Positions 35,901 to 46,033 of a DNA stretch of 64,000 bases are shown in pieces; position 1 is the stretch's first letter; each line of letters starts with the position of its first letter. The notes under the pieces are model-generated. The model was given only the letters and a program-made list of their open reading frames with translations. It was not told the DNA's origin and searched no databases. The translations under genes and the position numbers were made by a program. The DNA is from TPA_inf: Saccharomyces. Taxonomy: Eukaryota. The DNA is taken from NCBI GenBank assembly GCA_000146045.2, contig BK006946.2, forward strand, positions 608,001 to 672,000, in the 5' to 3' direction.

Positions 35901-37258
35901 TCTTGAGTTGGGTCTAGGTCGTCGTTTACCACAAAATCAAAATCGCTTTGATTTAGTAATTCGTTTTCTTCTTTTTCTTCATCTCTAGTAGTCATGTAGC
36001 TGGAATGGGCATCATCTTCTGCCTCCATTGTTAACTCATCTTCTTCTCTTTCGACATCCGGATAATCGTCCCTCAAAGATTTACCCATAACATAGTCAAA
36101 AGGATCATCCCTATCAGGTATTCTGTAGTTGACTGGTTCTCTTGAACGCATATTTCTCCTTCTTGTAAGTTCATCTTGTTCTTCTGACGTCATGTGGAGA
36201 TGCGGGAATGCGGGAGAATGTGGAGCCCCCTCCTTCAATATTACAGGAGGGTCACAGTCTATATCATCCTCATCATCCAGGACTTGAATCAAATCATCGT
36301 TATTACTATCATTATTGCTATTCTTACCGGTGTTATTAGTAATATTTTGCTTCGCACCAGTGATGGCTAATGCCTTAGTGACGGTAGTCGCAGTAGTACT
36401 TGTCAGGTTTGAATTCCTGGAAGATGTATTGTATTCCAAGGGGCTGGGCAGAATGCTTGATATGATATTATCATCTTGTGAAGAAACTTGACTGCGACCT
36501 TTACTTTGATCTTTTGACATTCCATCTTTTTTGGCTTTTATGATCTCCTTTTCCAGACTATCTATTCGTATCGACATATTTGATAACTGAGGCCGTATAT
36601 CCCTACTTAACTGTAGCCTTTTAGCGTCCTCTGACAATGATGTGGATTCGATAATACTACACTTCTGTAGCAATAATTTCGATTGCTCTTTCAATGCCAT
36701 AATTAGGGAGCCTTGAAGGCGGATCACCTCTAATTTTATATCATTTTCGAGCTGTTTGCCTATACTTGAATTATCGATTACGCTTTTATTGTTATTTCTA
36801 CTACCTAGATTTCTGCTACTGTCATTTTCGACAAGAGAACTAGCCATGTGCGGTCGAAAAGTATTGAAATTGTGAGTTTTCGAGCCATTGGGCGTCCTCG
36901 GGTTCGATACAACACTTGTGCTGGCTGGTATATCAACCATGGGTACGTCAGCATATTGATTCGATGTGGCAGTGTACGAGAGCCATTCTGTATCGTTCGA
37001 CAAAGTTTGCATGACTTCATGTTGTTTCGTAGCAGTATTCGTTGGTCCAGATGCAGGAATGCTGGTTATAAAGTTTGTTGTTCCTGGTCCACATTCATCT
37101 TTGGATGGCGTTGTTGGTGGCGAATTTGTCTTAGGCCTTTTGTTCGCGATGTGCTTTTGGATAGCCTGGAATACGAAATCTTTGTCTTCCTGTAAAGTCG
37201 CCGTTTCCTTTAACCATTTGTGCTCCCTTCTTAAGTTATGTGACGGCTTCGTCACCAT
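32915..37258 (-). CDS. SGS1: SGS1 (YMR190C), RecQ-family DNA helicase, 1447 aa.
   Basis: DEAH-box helicase motifs (…VVDEAHCVSNWGHDFRPDY…), RQC and HRDC regions. Length matches. Confidence 0.97.
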   Translation of the reverse strand: MVTKPSHNLRREHKWLKETATLQEDKDFVFQAIQKHIANKRPKTNSPPTTPSKDECGPGTTNFITSIPASGPTNTATKQHEVMQTLSNDTEWLSYTATSNQYADVPMVDIPASTSVVSNPRTPNGSKTHNFNTFRPHMASSLVENDSSRNLGSRNNNKSVIDNSSIGKQLENDIKLEVIRLQGSLIMALKEQSKLLLQKCSIIESTSLSEDAKRLQLSRDIRPQLSNMSIRIDSLEKEIIKAKKDGMSKDQSKGRSQVSSQDDNIISSILPSPLEYNTSSRNSNLTSTTATTVTKALAITGAKQNITNNTGKNSNNDSNNDDLIQVLDDEDDIDCDPPVILKEGAPHSPAFPHLHMTSEEQDELTRRRNMRSREPVNYRIPDRDDPFDYVMGKSLRDDYPDVEREEDELTMEAEDDAHSSYMTTRDEEKEENELLNQSDFDFVVNDDLDPTQDTDYHDNMDVSANIQESSQEGDTRSTITLSQNKNVQVILSSPTAQSVPSNGQNQIGVEHIDLLEDDLEKDAILDDSMSFSFGRQHMPMSHSDLELIDSEKENEDFEEDNNNNGIEYLSDSDLERFDEERENRTQVADIQELDNDLKIITERKLTGDNEHPPPSWSPKIKREKSSVSQKDEEDDFDDDFSLSDIVSKSNLSSKTNGPTYPWSDEVLYRLHEVFKLPGFRPNQLEAVNATLQGKDVFVLMPTGGGKSLCYQLPAVVKSGKTHGTTIVISPLISLMQDQVEHLLNKNIKASMFSSRGTAEQRRQTFNLFINGLLDLVYISPEMISASEQCKRAISRLYADGKLARIVVDEAHCVSNWGHDFRPDYKELKFFKREYPDIPMIALTATASEQVRMDIIHNLELKEPVFLKQSFNRTNLYYEVNKKTKNTIFEICDAVKSRFKNQTGIIYCHSKKSCEQTSAQMQRNGIKCAYYHAGMEPDERLSVQKAWQADEIQVICATVAFGMGIDKPDVRFVYHFTVPRTLEGYYQETGRAGRDGNYSYCITYFSFRDIRTMQTMIQKDKNLDRENKEKHLNKLQQVMAYCDNVTDCRRKLVLSYFNEDFDSKLCHKNCDNCRNSANVINEERDVTEPAKKIVKLVESIQNERVTIIYCQDVFKGSRSSKIVQANHDTLEEHGIGKSMQKSEIERIFFHLITIRVLQEYSIMNNSGFASSYVKVGPNAKKLLTGKMEIKMQFTISAPNSRPSTSSSFQANEDNIPVIAQKSTTIGGNVAANPPRFISAKEHLRSYTYGGSTMGSSHPITLKNTSDLRSTQELNNLRMTYERLRELSLNLGNRMVPPVGNFMPDSILKKMAAILPMNDSAFATLGTVEDKYRRRFKYFKATIADLSKKRSSEDHEKYDTILNDEFVNRAAASSNGIAQSTGTKSKFFGANLNEAKENEQIINQIRQSQLPKNTTSSKSGTRSISKSSKKSANGRRGFRNYRGHYRGRK

Positions 37259-37655
37259 TACCGCCTTGTGTGTACGTGTATGATTTTTTAAATATATACA
37301 ACAATAATCTGTATTTTTTCCTTTCCTCTAGCCAATGACTCCAAGCTGGCTGATAAAAACAAACTAAACGGTAAAGCCACAAATCCGAAATGTATCACCA
37401 ATGATCACCCAGCCTGCTAAGTGCCCTCTATTGATCCGTATATCAGCTTTTAGATCAGGCTCGAGTTTCTTGTTATATGTGCATTGCAAAAGCATAAACA
37501 AATCCTGGCAGCCGAAGCCGGGCAATCCACTTCGAAACGCACGGCTGAACTATATAAATATAAAGGACATGTGGAGAGAAGCTTCTCTTCCTTCACATTT
37601 CGCATTTCATGATCTAAAGTGGTTCTTTCACAATAGAAGAGCACCAACACGAAAT

Positions 37656-38777
37656 ATGGCTGTCGGTGGTAATAACTGGAGCATGTGGCTGCGAATGTCA
37701 CGGGTCCACCTCAGGCAGATCACGAAGTCTCTGGACCGAACGCTGATCAGTTTGAGCCATGGGAATTTTTCCCACCAATATAATCGCAATATTTTTGTCA
37801 CTTGGTGGAAGAGCCTATTTGAGGCTTCTACAGCTTTTAGGAGGGCAAGTGGTTTAACGGTATCTCCTCTCACGAGGAGAGGAATCGCAAGGTTTGACCA
37901 TTTCAGACCTGTTCCCAATGTCAGTAAATTTGCTTCTTTTCCCAGAGTGCCCAAAGGAGCCCCAAGGGGCCTTTTTACCAACTGGAATATGACTACATCA
38001 AAGAGATTATTAGGGCAGAGAGCTTATTCGACTTCCAGTATCAAATTTACCCAAGAAGCCGTGAATAACATGACTATATCTTTGAGGTGTTTTTTCAACT
38101 CACTAGGCGGATTAAATCAGTGCTCCCACTCTAATTCCTGCAAAGCTTATCAGAATGCGTCTAATGTTACCTCTAAACAGGATCACGTCCAACCAGTTGC
38201 CCTTAAGAAGTTATCTCAAAAGGATATCAATTTCATTCGTAATTTAGAACTATTTAAGATAATGAAGACCCAGAATGAAGTCGTTGATGAAACAAGCGCA
38301 TATTACATGGAAAAACCAGGTTCCTATATTGAATTTACCATTTCAGAATTTAACGTTAATGGGACATTCTCCGCACCTTTGTCATTTTTAGATCCTTCTT
38401 TGTTAGCGGATTTGGATGAAATGATTAGAAATTACAAATACGAATTAAAATCAATATACAGTAGTGTTGACATGATCTTGCAGAATTATGGATCATTGCC
38501 GATAACTTTTCATCGAAATAAGATTCGAATACATTTTCCAAACTCAACTGTGGTGGAAACAGAAAAACTAATTGCAGGTCTGAATATTGCTACGGGTGTT
38601 ATTTACGCAGATACGTCTCCCGATATCAGTCTAGAAGGTACAAATTTGAATGCTCTGGTTAATGTTGACAATTCAGGAAGCGTATGGTCTTTTGTTAAGG
38701 AGCCCTCGTTTCCCTCTAGGAGCGCTTTTTCACCTATTTTATCAGATGCATCCTATGATACTTATGAATTGGTCTAG
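37656..38777 (+). CDS. SPG5: SPG5 (YMR191W), stationary-phase gene, 373 aa. Start taken at the internal Met MAVGGNNWSMW…. The ORF is open for a further 85 codons upstream.
   Basis: Length matches 373 aa from the Met at 37656. Start choice rests on memory of the annotated length. Confidence 0.7.
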   Translation: MAVGGNNWSMWLRMSRVHLRQITKSLDRTLISLSHGNFSHQYNRNIFVTWWKSLFEASTAFRRASGLTVSPLTRRGIARFDHFRPVPNVSKFASFPRVPKGAPRGLFTNWNMTTSKRLLGQRAYSTSSIKFTQEAVNNMTISLRCFFNSLGGLNQCSHSNSCKAYQNASNVTSKQDHVQPVALKKLSQKDINFIRNLELFKIMKTQNEVVDETSAYYMEKPGSYIEFTISEFNVNGTFSAPLSFLDPSLLADLDEMIRNYKYELKSIYSSVDMILQNYGSLPITFHRNKIRIHFPNSTVVETEKLIAGLNIATGVIYADTSPDISLEGTNLNALVNVDNSGSVWSFVKEPSFPSRSAFSPILSDASYDTYELV

Positions 38778-38852
38778 CAAAGACGTTGTTTCATCGCGCT
38801 ATTACCAAGAAGGTTACTTTACTTGTTCTTGCACATGGACGCACGTTGTGTG

Positions 38853-38855
<3 letters not shown>

Positions 38856-38885
<30 letters not shown>
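38856..38885. repeat. (AT)15 microsatellite immediately 3' of SPG5.
   Basis: Read directly. Confidence 0.95.
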
Positions 38886-38889
<4 letters not shown>

Positions 38890-39117
38890 GCTTGTTTTCA
38901 TTGTCTCTATAGTTAATACATTCTATTTTTATCGTTATATTTGCATTCTCTTCGCATAAAAACTTCATGAAAATTCGGCAGAAAATAAGCCATATATGTA
39001 CTTTATCCATAGGCAAAGAAAAGCACTTAACGAGAATATACAACAATTGCACTAGTACTGCATGTATATACTCTTATGATTATAGCGGCAAGAAAACAAA
39101 TATAAACACACTAACAG

Positions 39118-41280
39118 ATGAATTCGAATGAAGATATACATGAAGAACGCATTGAAGTTCCACGAACTCCCCATCAAACCCAGCCAGAGAAAGACTCTGA
39201 TCGCATCGCTCTCAGGGATGAAATATCAGTACCAGAAGGCGATGAAAAAGCATATTCGGATGAGAAAGTAGAAATGGCAACCACAAATGCATCCAGTAAC
39301 TTTGGCTCAAATGAAAGTGCAAAAGACGGCGAATCAATCGGCGCCTTTTCAAATCCCCATGAGGCTCTGATGCAGTCAAAATTGAGAGAAGAATCCCAGA
39401 GTAAAACCATACTACCATCCGATGACCTCAGCCAGCAATTAGAAACCGAAGAATCCAAAGTTGAAGAGGCTCTAAAAAGAATAACCTCACCCCCATTACC
39501 ACCGAGGGCTGACTGCATAGAAGAATCTGCATCTGCTCTTAAATCCTCATTGCCTCCAGTGCTAGCAGGAAATAAAAATGATCAAGCCCCCCTTGACCGA
39601 CCACAGTTACCTCCGAGGCAGGTAGTTAATGCGGAAACTCTTCATTTGAAGGCGCCCCATGGTAATGCGACTCCCTCCAAATCACCAACGAGTGCTGTAG
39701 GTAATTCTTCTTCATCGACCCCTCCAACCTTACCACCACGCCGTATAGAAGATCCTTTAGACTTGGCTGCTCAAAAACATTTCCTAGCGAGTACATTTAA
39801 GAGAAATATGCTCTTTTATAAAAGTGAAGATAACTCTATCAAATGTGATTTGGATAAAAATATACTAAATTTAAAAGAAGATTCAAAAAAAATTAACAAC
39901 AATGAAATTCCTGAAGAGGTTAGTTCATTTTGGTTAAAGGTTATCGGCGACTATCAAAATATCTTAATAAACGATATCGAAACCTTACATTTCCAACTAT
40001 CTCGAGGTATACCAGCCGCTTATCGATTGGTAGTCTGGCAGTTAGTAAGTTATGCAAAATCGAAATCCTTTGACCCTATATATGAAACGTATCTAACGGA
40101 AATGGCACCTTTTGACGTCCAGGAATTTGAAAATCAGCTAAAAATGATGGACGAAGTTCCCTCTGAATACGTAAAACGCATAAGTAATGTGTTAAAGGCT
40201 TATTTACTTTTTGACCCAGAGTGTGAGTTTTCTACCGACATTGCTTATATTATCAATATGATTCTTGACGTTTGCGAGGAGGAGGCAAATGCATTTGGTC
40301 TACTTGTACGCCTAATGAAAGTTTACGGTTTAAGACTCTTGTTCTTACCAAGTGCTTCTGAGATCGATATTCTTTGCTATAAATTTGATAGACTTGTAGA
40401 AGAATTTTATCCTGAAATTCACAACCACATGGTTGAAAAAGGCGTCCGTTCTTCCATGTTTTTGCCCGGTTTCTTCACGACACTGTTTCAAAAGAAACTT
40501 CCCACTGAAATTCAACCACGTATCGGTGATATGGTATTTTTAGAAGGTATTGACTCTATTATGAGAATTTTAGCCACACTTTTATCTAATTCCCGAGACC
40601 ATCTGTTAAAAATGGGTTTTGATGATATGCTGGAGCTATTGAAATCAGGTCTGTTAGATGCTTATATTAAGCAGAATGATGGTACACGCGGTGACACTCT
40701 TCTCTCAAATGAATGTATGGATAAATTACTACAAGACTCTATGATGAAAGTAGCAATAACCCCAAAGACTATGAAGAAATATTCTTCTGAATATGAGGAA
40801 ATTCACAGATTGGACAATGAAAAAGAAGTGCAATATAAGTCTATCACGGAAAAAAATTTACATTTACAAAAGCATGTTCGTAAATTAGAAAACGACTACA
40901 CATCTTTAAATAGAGAGCATGTGACAATTGCGAACGAGTTAGTGAAAAATCGGCTTAATATCGAGTCTGTATTAAATGAAAATAATGGTTACAAACTTCA
41001 AATTTTAGATTTGAAGAAAAAGTTGGATTCAGAAAAAAAGAAGCAAGTTTTAGGTGTATATGTGCCCAATGATTTAAAGAAAGATTTGGAAGAGACAATG
41101 AAAAAGAATACCCAAGTAATGGACGAAAATTTGAAATTGCAGGATAGGATTTCAGAACTAGAAAGGCTTATTGAAGAAATAAAAACTGCAAACAAAAATG
41201 GTACGTTATTCGAATATTCTAATTCTAAAAATAATCCTTTGGGAGCCGGCTGGTCAGGATTTAAAAAGGTTTTTAAATAG
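39118..41280 (+). CDS. GYL1: GYL1 (YMR192W), TBC-domain Rab-GAP-like protein (Gyp5 paralog) with C-terminal coiled coil, 720 aa.
   Basis: 720-aa ORF with a central TBC-like region and a C-terminal heptad-rich segment. Confidence 0.88.
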   Translation: MNSNEDIHEERIEVPRTPHQTQPEKDSDRIALRDEISVPEGDEKAYSDEKVEMATTNASSNFGSNESAKDGESIGAFSNPHEALMQSKLREESQSKTILPSDDLSQQLETEESKVEEALKRITSPPLPPRADCIEESASALKSSLPPVLAGNKNDQAPLDRPQLPPRQVVNAETLHLKAPHGNATPSKSPTSAVGNSSSSTPPTLPPRRIEDPLDLAAQKHFLASTFKRNMLFYKSEDNSIKCDLDKNILNLKEDSKKINNNEIPEEVSSFWLKVIGDYQNILINDIETLHFQLSRGIPAAYRLVVWQLVSYAKSKSFDPIYETYLTEMAPFDVQEFENQLKMMDEVPSEYVKRISNVLKAYLLFDPECEFSTDIAYIINMILDVCEEEANAFGLLVRLMKVYGLRLLFLPSASEIDILCYKFDRLVEEFYPEIHNHMVEKGVRSSMFLPGFFTTLFQKKLPTEIQPRIGDMVFLEGIDSIMRILATLLSNSRDHLLKMGFDDMLELLKSGLLDAYIKQNDGTRGDTLLSNECMDKLLQDSMMKVAITPKTMKKYSSEYEEIHRLDNEKEVQYKSITEKNLHLQKHVRKLENDYTSLNREHVTIANELVKNRLNIESVLNENNGYKLQILDLKKKLDSEKKKQVLGVYVPNDLKKDLEETMKKNTQVMDENLKLQDRISELERLIEEIKTANKNGTLFEYSNSKNNPLGAGWSGFKKVFK

Positions 41281-42035
41281 TTAAACTGTGTATATCAGCT
41301 ACTGCTCCCCTTGAATGATACATGACTAAATATAATGATAAATTTATTTCTTGATTTTTGATTATTTCATATTTTGTTGACATTTGAGAGCTTCAATTGT
41401 ATAAAGTTGCAAGATAATATATGAGGTTAGGGAAGCCGGATAAAGAAAATAGAGTACTTTAAAACTGTTCATGGACTAAGAATTCAGTGACGATGAAGTA
41501 GTAAAGGAGAGTGTTTAGGATATAAATAAGACCGAGAAATTGTTAGTAAGCATTACTTCTAGCAGAAATAATGAACCACAATCGTGACAATATATACTCG
41601 AGTTAGCAGTTAACAGTAACCCTTTCCATACCATTCTAAACTTTGCAACAGTAAATATCTTGGCGTTTAACGTTTTATTTTATTCTACGTTTCTCAAATA
41701 TCGGCTGTACTCATGTGGCACATCATGAAAAGAGCCTTCATATCAAGAATTCAAGAATTTTAATTACATCGTGACAACGGTTTCCTAAACTTTTAGTAAA
41801 AACAATTAAATGTGCAATTTTGTTGATTATACTGTGGACAAATTGAGCTTAGTACGTTTCCTTCTTCTCTTTCTGCAATTATATTTAATTAAATAATCTC
41901 GTATTCTCGCATCCGGGCACGCTTTGTGAAATTCATTTGAGAAACCAAAAACAGCTGATCAGCTAGAGCTATTAGAAGTTAGTGCCCAGGGGTATAGAAA
42001 AATCAGTTTAAGGAAGAAAAAGCTCACAGAAGAAT

Positions 42036-42812
42036 ATGCAAAAAATTTTCAGACCATTCCAATTAACGAGAGGCTTTACCTCTTCCGTAAAAAACTTCAG
42101 GCAATGGAGACTGATTGAAACAAGGAAGATTGCCAAACAACCGAACTACCAAGTTGGTGATGCTAAACCTTTACATATGCCAAAAGAAAGAAAGAAATTT
42201 CCAGATTACAAGTATGGGGAATCTAATATCTTCAAACAGAGTAACAAAGGTCTATATGGTGGATCTTTCGTTCAGTTTGGTAACAATATTTCTGAAAGTA
42301 AAGCCAAAACGAGGAAGAAGTGGTTGCCAAATGTTGTCAAAAAAGGTCTCTGGAGTGAGACTCTGAACAGAAAAATCAGTATCAAAATGACCGCTAAAGT
42401 TTTAAAAACAATCAGTAAAGAAGGAGGGATTGACAACTATTTAACAAAGGAAAAATCTGCAAGAATAAAAGAATTAGGGCCGACCGGATGGAAGCTTCGT
42501 TATAGGGTTTTAAAAAGAAAAGATGAAATAGAGAATCCCCCACATAAGGATGCACCTATCATAGAAATGGCTGGTGGTAAAAAGGCCAAAATTTACTATG
42601 ATGAAATAGTAAACGGCTCACCAAGAAAAATATCAGTTGGAAGAAGAAGATTGATGTCATTTTTATATCCTTTAGAGAAATTGGAATATAGGTCAGTAGG
42701 GAAGGACCTGAACTACAAAAAATTTGTCGAGTTATTTGCCGACGTTCCAGTCAAGGATATCCTAGCTAGATTAGAGGATCATAAATTCGACTTATCCACC
42801 ATCACCGTATAA
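42036..42812 (+). CDS. MRPL24: MRPL24 (YMR193W), mitochondrial ribosomal protein bL28m, 258 aa.
   Basis: 258-aa basic ORF. Position and length match. Confidence 0.88.
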
Positions 42813-42980
42813 AAGGAAGAAATAAAGAAGATAATTGCCATTCCGAAAATATCGTTGGTTTTCCCCTGTATATAAAAAAGCATATCTGTTTGTACATATG
42901 TAGGTATGCACACATTCTGAACATTATTGATGCGTATATGCTTGCTACATTAATTGGCAATTCATTTTTTAGACTGTTTT

Positions 42981-42994
42981 ACACCCGTACATTT
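42981..42994 (+). promoter_or_regulatory. Rap1 binding site (ACACCCGTACATTT) about 150 bp upstream of the RPL36A ATG.
   Basis: Matches the Rap1 consensus ACACCCRYACAYM, typical of ribosomal-protein gene promoters. Confidence 0.55.
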
Positions 42995-43144
42995 CACAGT
43001 TTTTTTTTGAAGTTAAATTCCAACTGAATGGAAGCCTCCGCTCCTATGAAATTTATTTGAAATCAGAGATTTCAGGATGTTGAACAGTATAGTACTGATT
43101 TACAAGTATCAAAGAAACAAGAAAGACAGCAAACACAATAAGAA

Positions 43145-43910
43145 ATGACCGTTAAGACAGGTATGTGAGACATAAACAAGGAACTGAACGGGTTATGACG
43201 ATTTTCGAACTTATAAAGGGGTTTACCCCAAATACGAGAAGAACATGAGTGCATTGAAAACTTAAAAGGAAACAAAAACAAGAATATTATATAATTTTGA
43301 GTGATTAATGACCAATGGAAATAGCCAGAGGAAAAATACCATTTAATATGCATACACAGGCTTATCTCTTCACTCCTATCTAAAAAACTATTGTGTTTGA
43401 AGATGAGGTCCATTTTACAAAAAGAATAGTATTGCGAAAACGCCTTCAAATGGAACATTTTAGTAGTTGCACCATTGTAAGAATTGCCATGGAAAACAAT
43501 CACAAAAAGATGCTATACAAAGCCGTACATTATACGTCACTTCCCGCCGACACATATACACGTGTATATGTATGCCTATTTCACATGTTACTAACTGAAG
43601 ACAACCTGTGTCCTTATATTTAGGAATTGCTATTGGTTTAAACAAAGGTAAGAAGGTCACTAGCATGACCCCAGCTCCAAAAATCTCTTACAAGAAAGGT
43701 GCTGCTTCCAACAGAACCAAGTTCGTAAGATCTTTGGTCAGAGAAATCGCTGGTTTGTCTCCATACGAAAGAAGATTGATTGATCTAATAAGAAACTCTG
43801 GTGAAAAGAGAGCTAGAAAGGTCGCCAAGAAGAGATTGGGTTCTTTCACCAGAGCCAAGGCTAAGGTCGAAGAAATGAACAACATCATTGCTGCTTCTCG
43901 TCGTCACTAA
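43145..43910 (+). CDS. RPL36A: RPL36A (YMR194W), ribosomal protein eL36, 100 aa, two exons. Exon 1 is 43145-43160 (ATGACCGTTAAGACAG). The intron is 43161-43623 (GTATGT…TACTAAC at 43590-43596…TTTAG). Exon 2 is 43624-43910.
   Basis: Exon 2 translates to GIAIGLNKGKKVTSMTPAPKISYKKGAASNRTKFVRSLVREIAGLSPYERRLIDLIRNSGEKRARKVAKKRLGSFTRAKAKVEEMNNIIAASRRH. Exon 1 gives MTVKT plus G. Canonical splice signals; the spliced frame is intact. Confidence 0.92.
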
Positions 43911-44593
43911 GTTTCTAAAAACTGATTTTTGTAATATATATATAGATATCATATTTTCTTTTTAACTTAGGAAAAAATAACACCAAAAAAAAAACCACCA
44001 ATACTTTCACACATGAGAGGGCCTAGAGTAAAGTACCACTAGCCATGCAAAAAGCCCATGTACTGAGCTGATAGTCGTTACCAACCCTACATTTTTTTTC
44101 TGAAGCAATATAAGTGTTACCCGAAAAGTATGAATATTATTTTTTCTTCGTACCGTTATATCTTTTTCTGGTATATAAAGCGGTGAGTTTAGAAGAAGTT
44201 CCTGTGGTGCAAGAATCTTTATTGGTATTTAAAAAATCTTTTCTTTTCCTTTTTTTGGTTTTTTGAAAAAGGGTAATAATGTCTTTTATAATAGACACCC
44301 AGAGTCACGATTCGTCTTGGTTTTAGAGATTCTGTTTCGACAGTTTTTTTAGGCGGTGGACGTATATAGTTTACTTAATCGTTTACTATACGGTGGAGTA
44401 CTAATACTATTTCACTGTCGTGCTCGCGGTTGATCTTAGATAAATATATTTCTTTTTCATAAAGAAAGTGAGTGGATCTTCCCTGGAAGTACGAATAATG
44501 TACTTATGATTAGATTCTCTTCACGCACATACCTTTTTTTTTTTTTCAATTGCTAGTTCATACATACGTAGAAAGAAGGGCCAATTGGAAGCC

Positions 44594-44887
44594 TCAACTG
44601 TCCCCTGGTGTAAGCTTTCGCTGTTTCATCTTCAACTCAAGAAGCGAAGGTAGCGGACAGCAGGGTGACCGTGAATCTTTTCCATTGTCATTGTAAAATT
44701 TTGAGCAGCAGATGTACAGCTGATCTATAACTTTAGCGCATTTAGCATCATCGTACTGATGTGATAGAAGGCAATCTAAAATTAATGTGAAAAAACGTTA
44801 GTGAAAAGAAAAAAACGATCGAATCTTTTGAAGTTAATATTACAAACCTTGGATGGCGCAGGCCTCCTTCTGGCATGGATTAGACAT
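44594..44887 (-). CDS. CMC4: CMC4 (YMR194C-B), twin Cx9C mitochondrial intermembrane-space protein, 73 aa, two exons on the minus strand. Exon 1 is 44887-44848 (ATGTCTAATCCATGCCAGAAGGAGGCCTGCGCCATCCAAG). The intron is 44847-44776 (72 nt; 5' GTTTGT, branch CACTAAC, 3' TTTTAG). Exon 2 is 44775-44594.
   Basis: Hand translation gives MSNPCQKEACAIQ|DCLLSHQYDDAKCAKVIDQLYICCSKFYNDNGKDSRSPCCPLPSLLELKMKQRKLTPGDS*. The twin Cx9C spacing (C5-x9-C15, C26-x9-C36) is restored only with this splice. Not in the ORF track because each exon is under 60 codons. Confidence 0.8.
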
Positions 44888-46033
44888 ATTTACCTCTTAT
44901 TTGAACAAATCTCAACAACTAAAAAAACGCTCAATATCTTGGAAAAAAAGAACAGTAATATTCTGTCTCTCCACACCCTCTTCTGAACTCTCATATACAC
45001 CCCATGGGTGAAAAGTAATATCCGTAAAAGTCTCGCTAACGGATGACGTTAACAACGCACGCCCGCTCCTTGCGAAATTTATTGTGGGGACGTCGTTCAC
45101 GTGCAAAAGTCGCCAAATATTAGCGACGGGCAACATCGGAAAAACTCTGCGCCCGCGATTCCGATTGAGATGTGTAATTTGTAGTATTGAACGTGACAGG
45201 AAACAAAAAATATCAAAACGCTAGCAAGGTTTAAGGGGAGGGGTGAAGAACGAACGATAGGATACTGCACAAATCAGCAATTAAGAAACAATATACAAAA
45301 ACCCCCAAAGTGGTCATGTTAAGGAGGGCATTTTTCCGCATGGAAACGAAACGTGGGCATGACGTGGAAGCGATGATCCGAGCGCTTCTGCTACTGTGGT
45401 GACCACCGTACCAAAGGAGGGGTAATAAGACCCTGTGCCCTTTGCCAGCATACGTGTTACCCCCCTCAAAAAGAGCTGGCTGTTCGAGCTAGCTGCTCTT
45501 TCTGTTGCCATTCCCGTACCAAGAGCGCCCCGTAGCTCGATTTTCAGCACCTTGGTGGATATCAGGGGAATTTTACCGCCGCAAGCGATCAGCGTAGAGT
45601 GCGCACAGAAAACAGACAGAAATGACTGAAGCGGATGAAAAAAAATTTTCTGGCGCGGCCCAATCTCCGCGGAAGAGTCATTCCGTGAAATGAAAACAAA
45701 AGACGCGCATAGTAGGAGAAAGATTATGCAGCTTGATAGCGGGTTATCATACCAGCGTTAATGACACCTTCAAGTGGGTAAAGTACCCTTTGTTATCGTT
45801 TTCTTGGCTACGCGGATAGACTAATTTAATTGATATATATGTAGCTAGACACGTTCATAATTTTTATGCTCTAGTGCATGTGCCTCTTACTCATTATTGT
45901 CAAAAATTTTTGCATGTAATATTTGTTTTCCGTAGTCATTCAGCACTAGCCTGTTTGTTAATATATATAGATAGACAAACTAATGACAAGGAGAATTGAA
46001 TTTCTCATATAACACATACAATAAAACCAAGAA

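Noticed and set aside
43608-43610. ORF track start codon for RPL36A exon 2 (GTG at 43608) and for RAD14 (GTG at 58937-58939)
   Set aside because: These are artefacts of alternative-start ORF calling. The true initiators are in short upstream exons (43145 and 59044 respectively).
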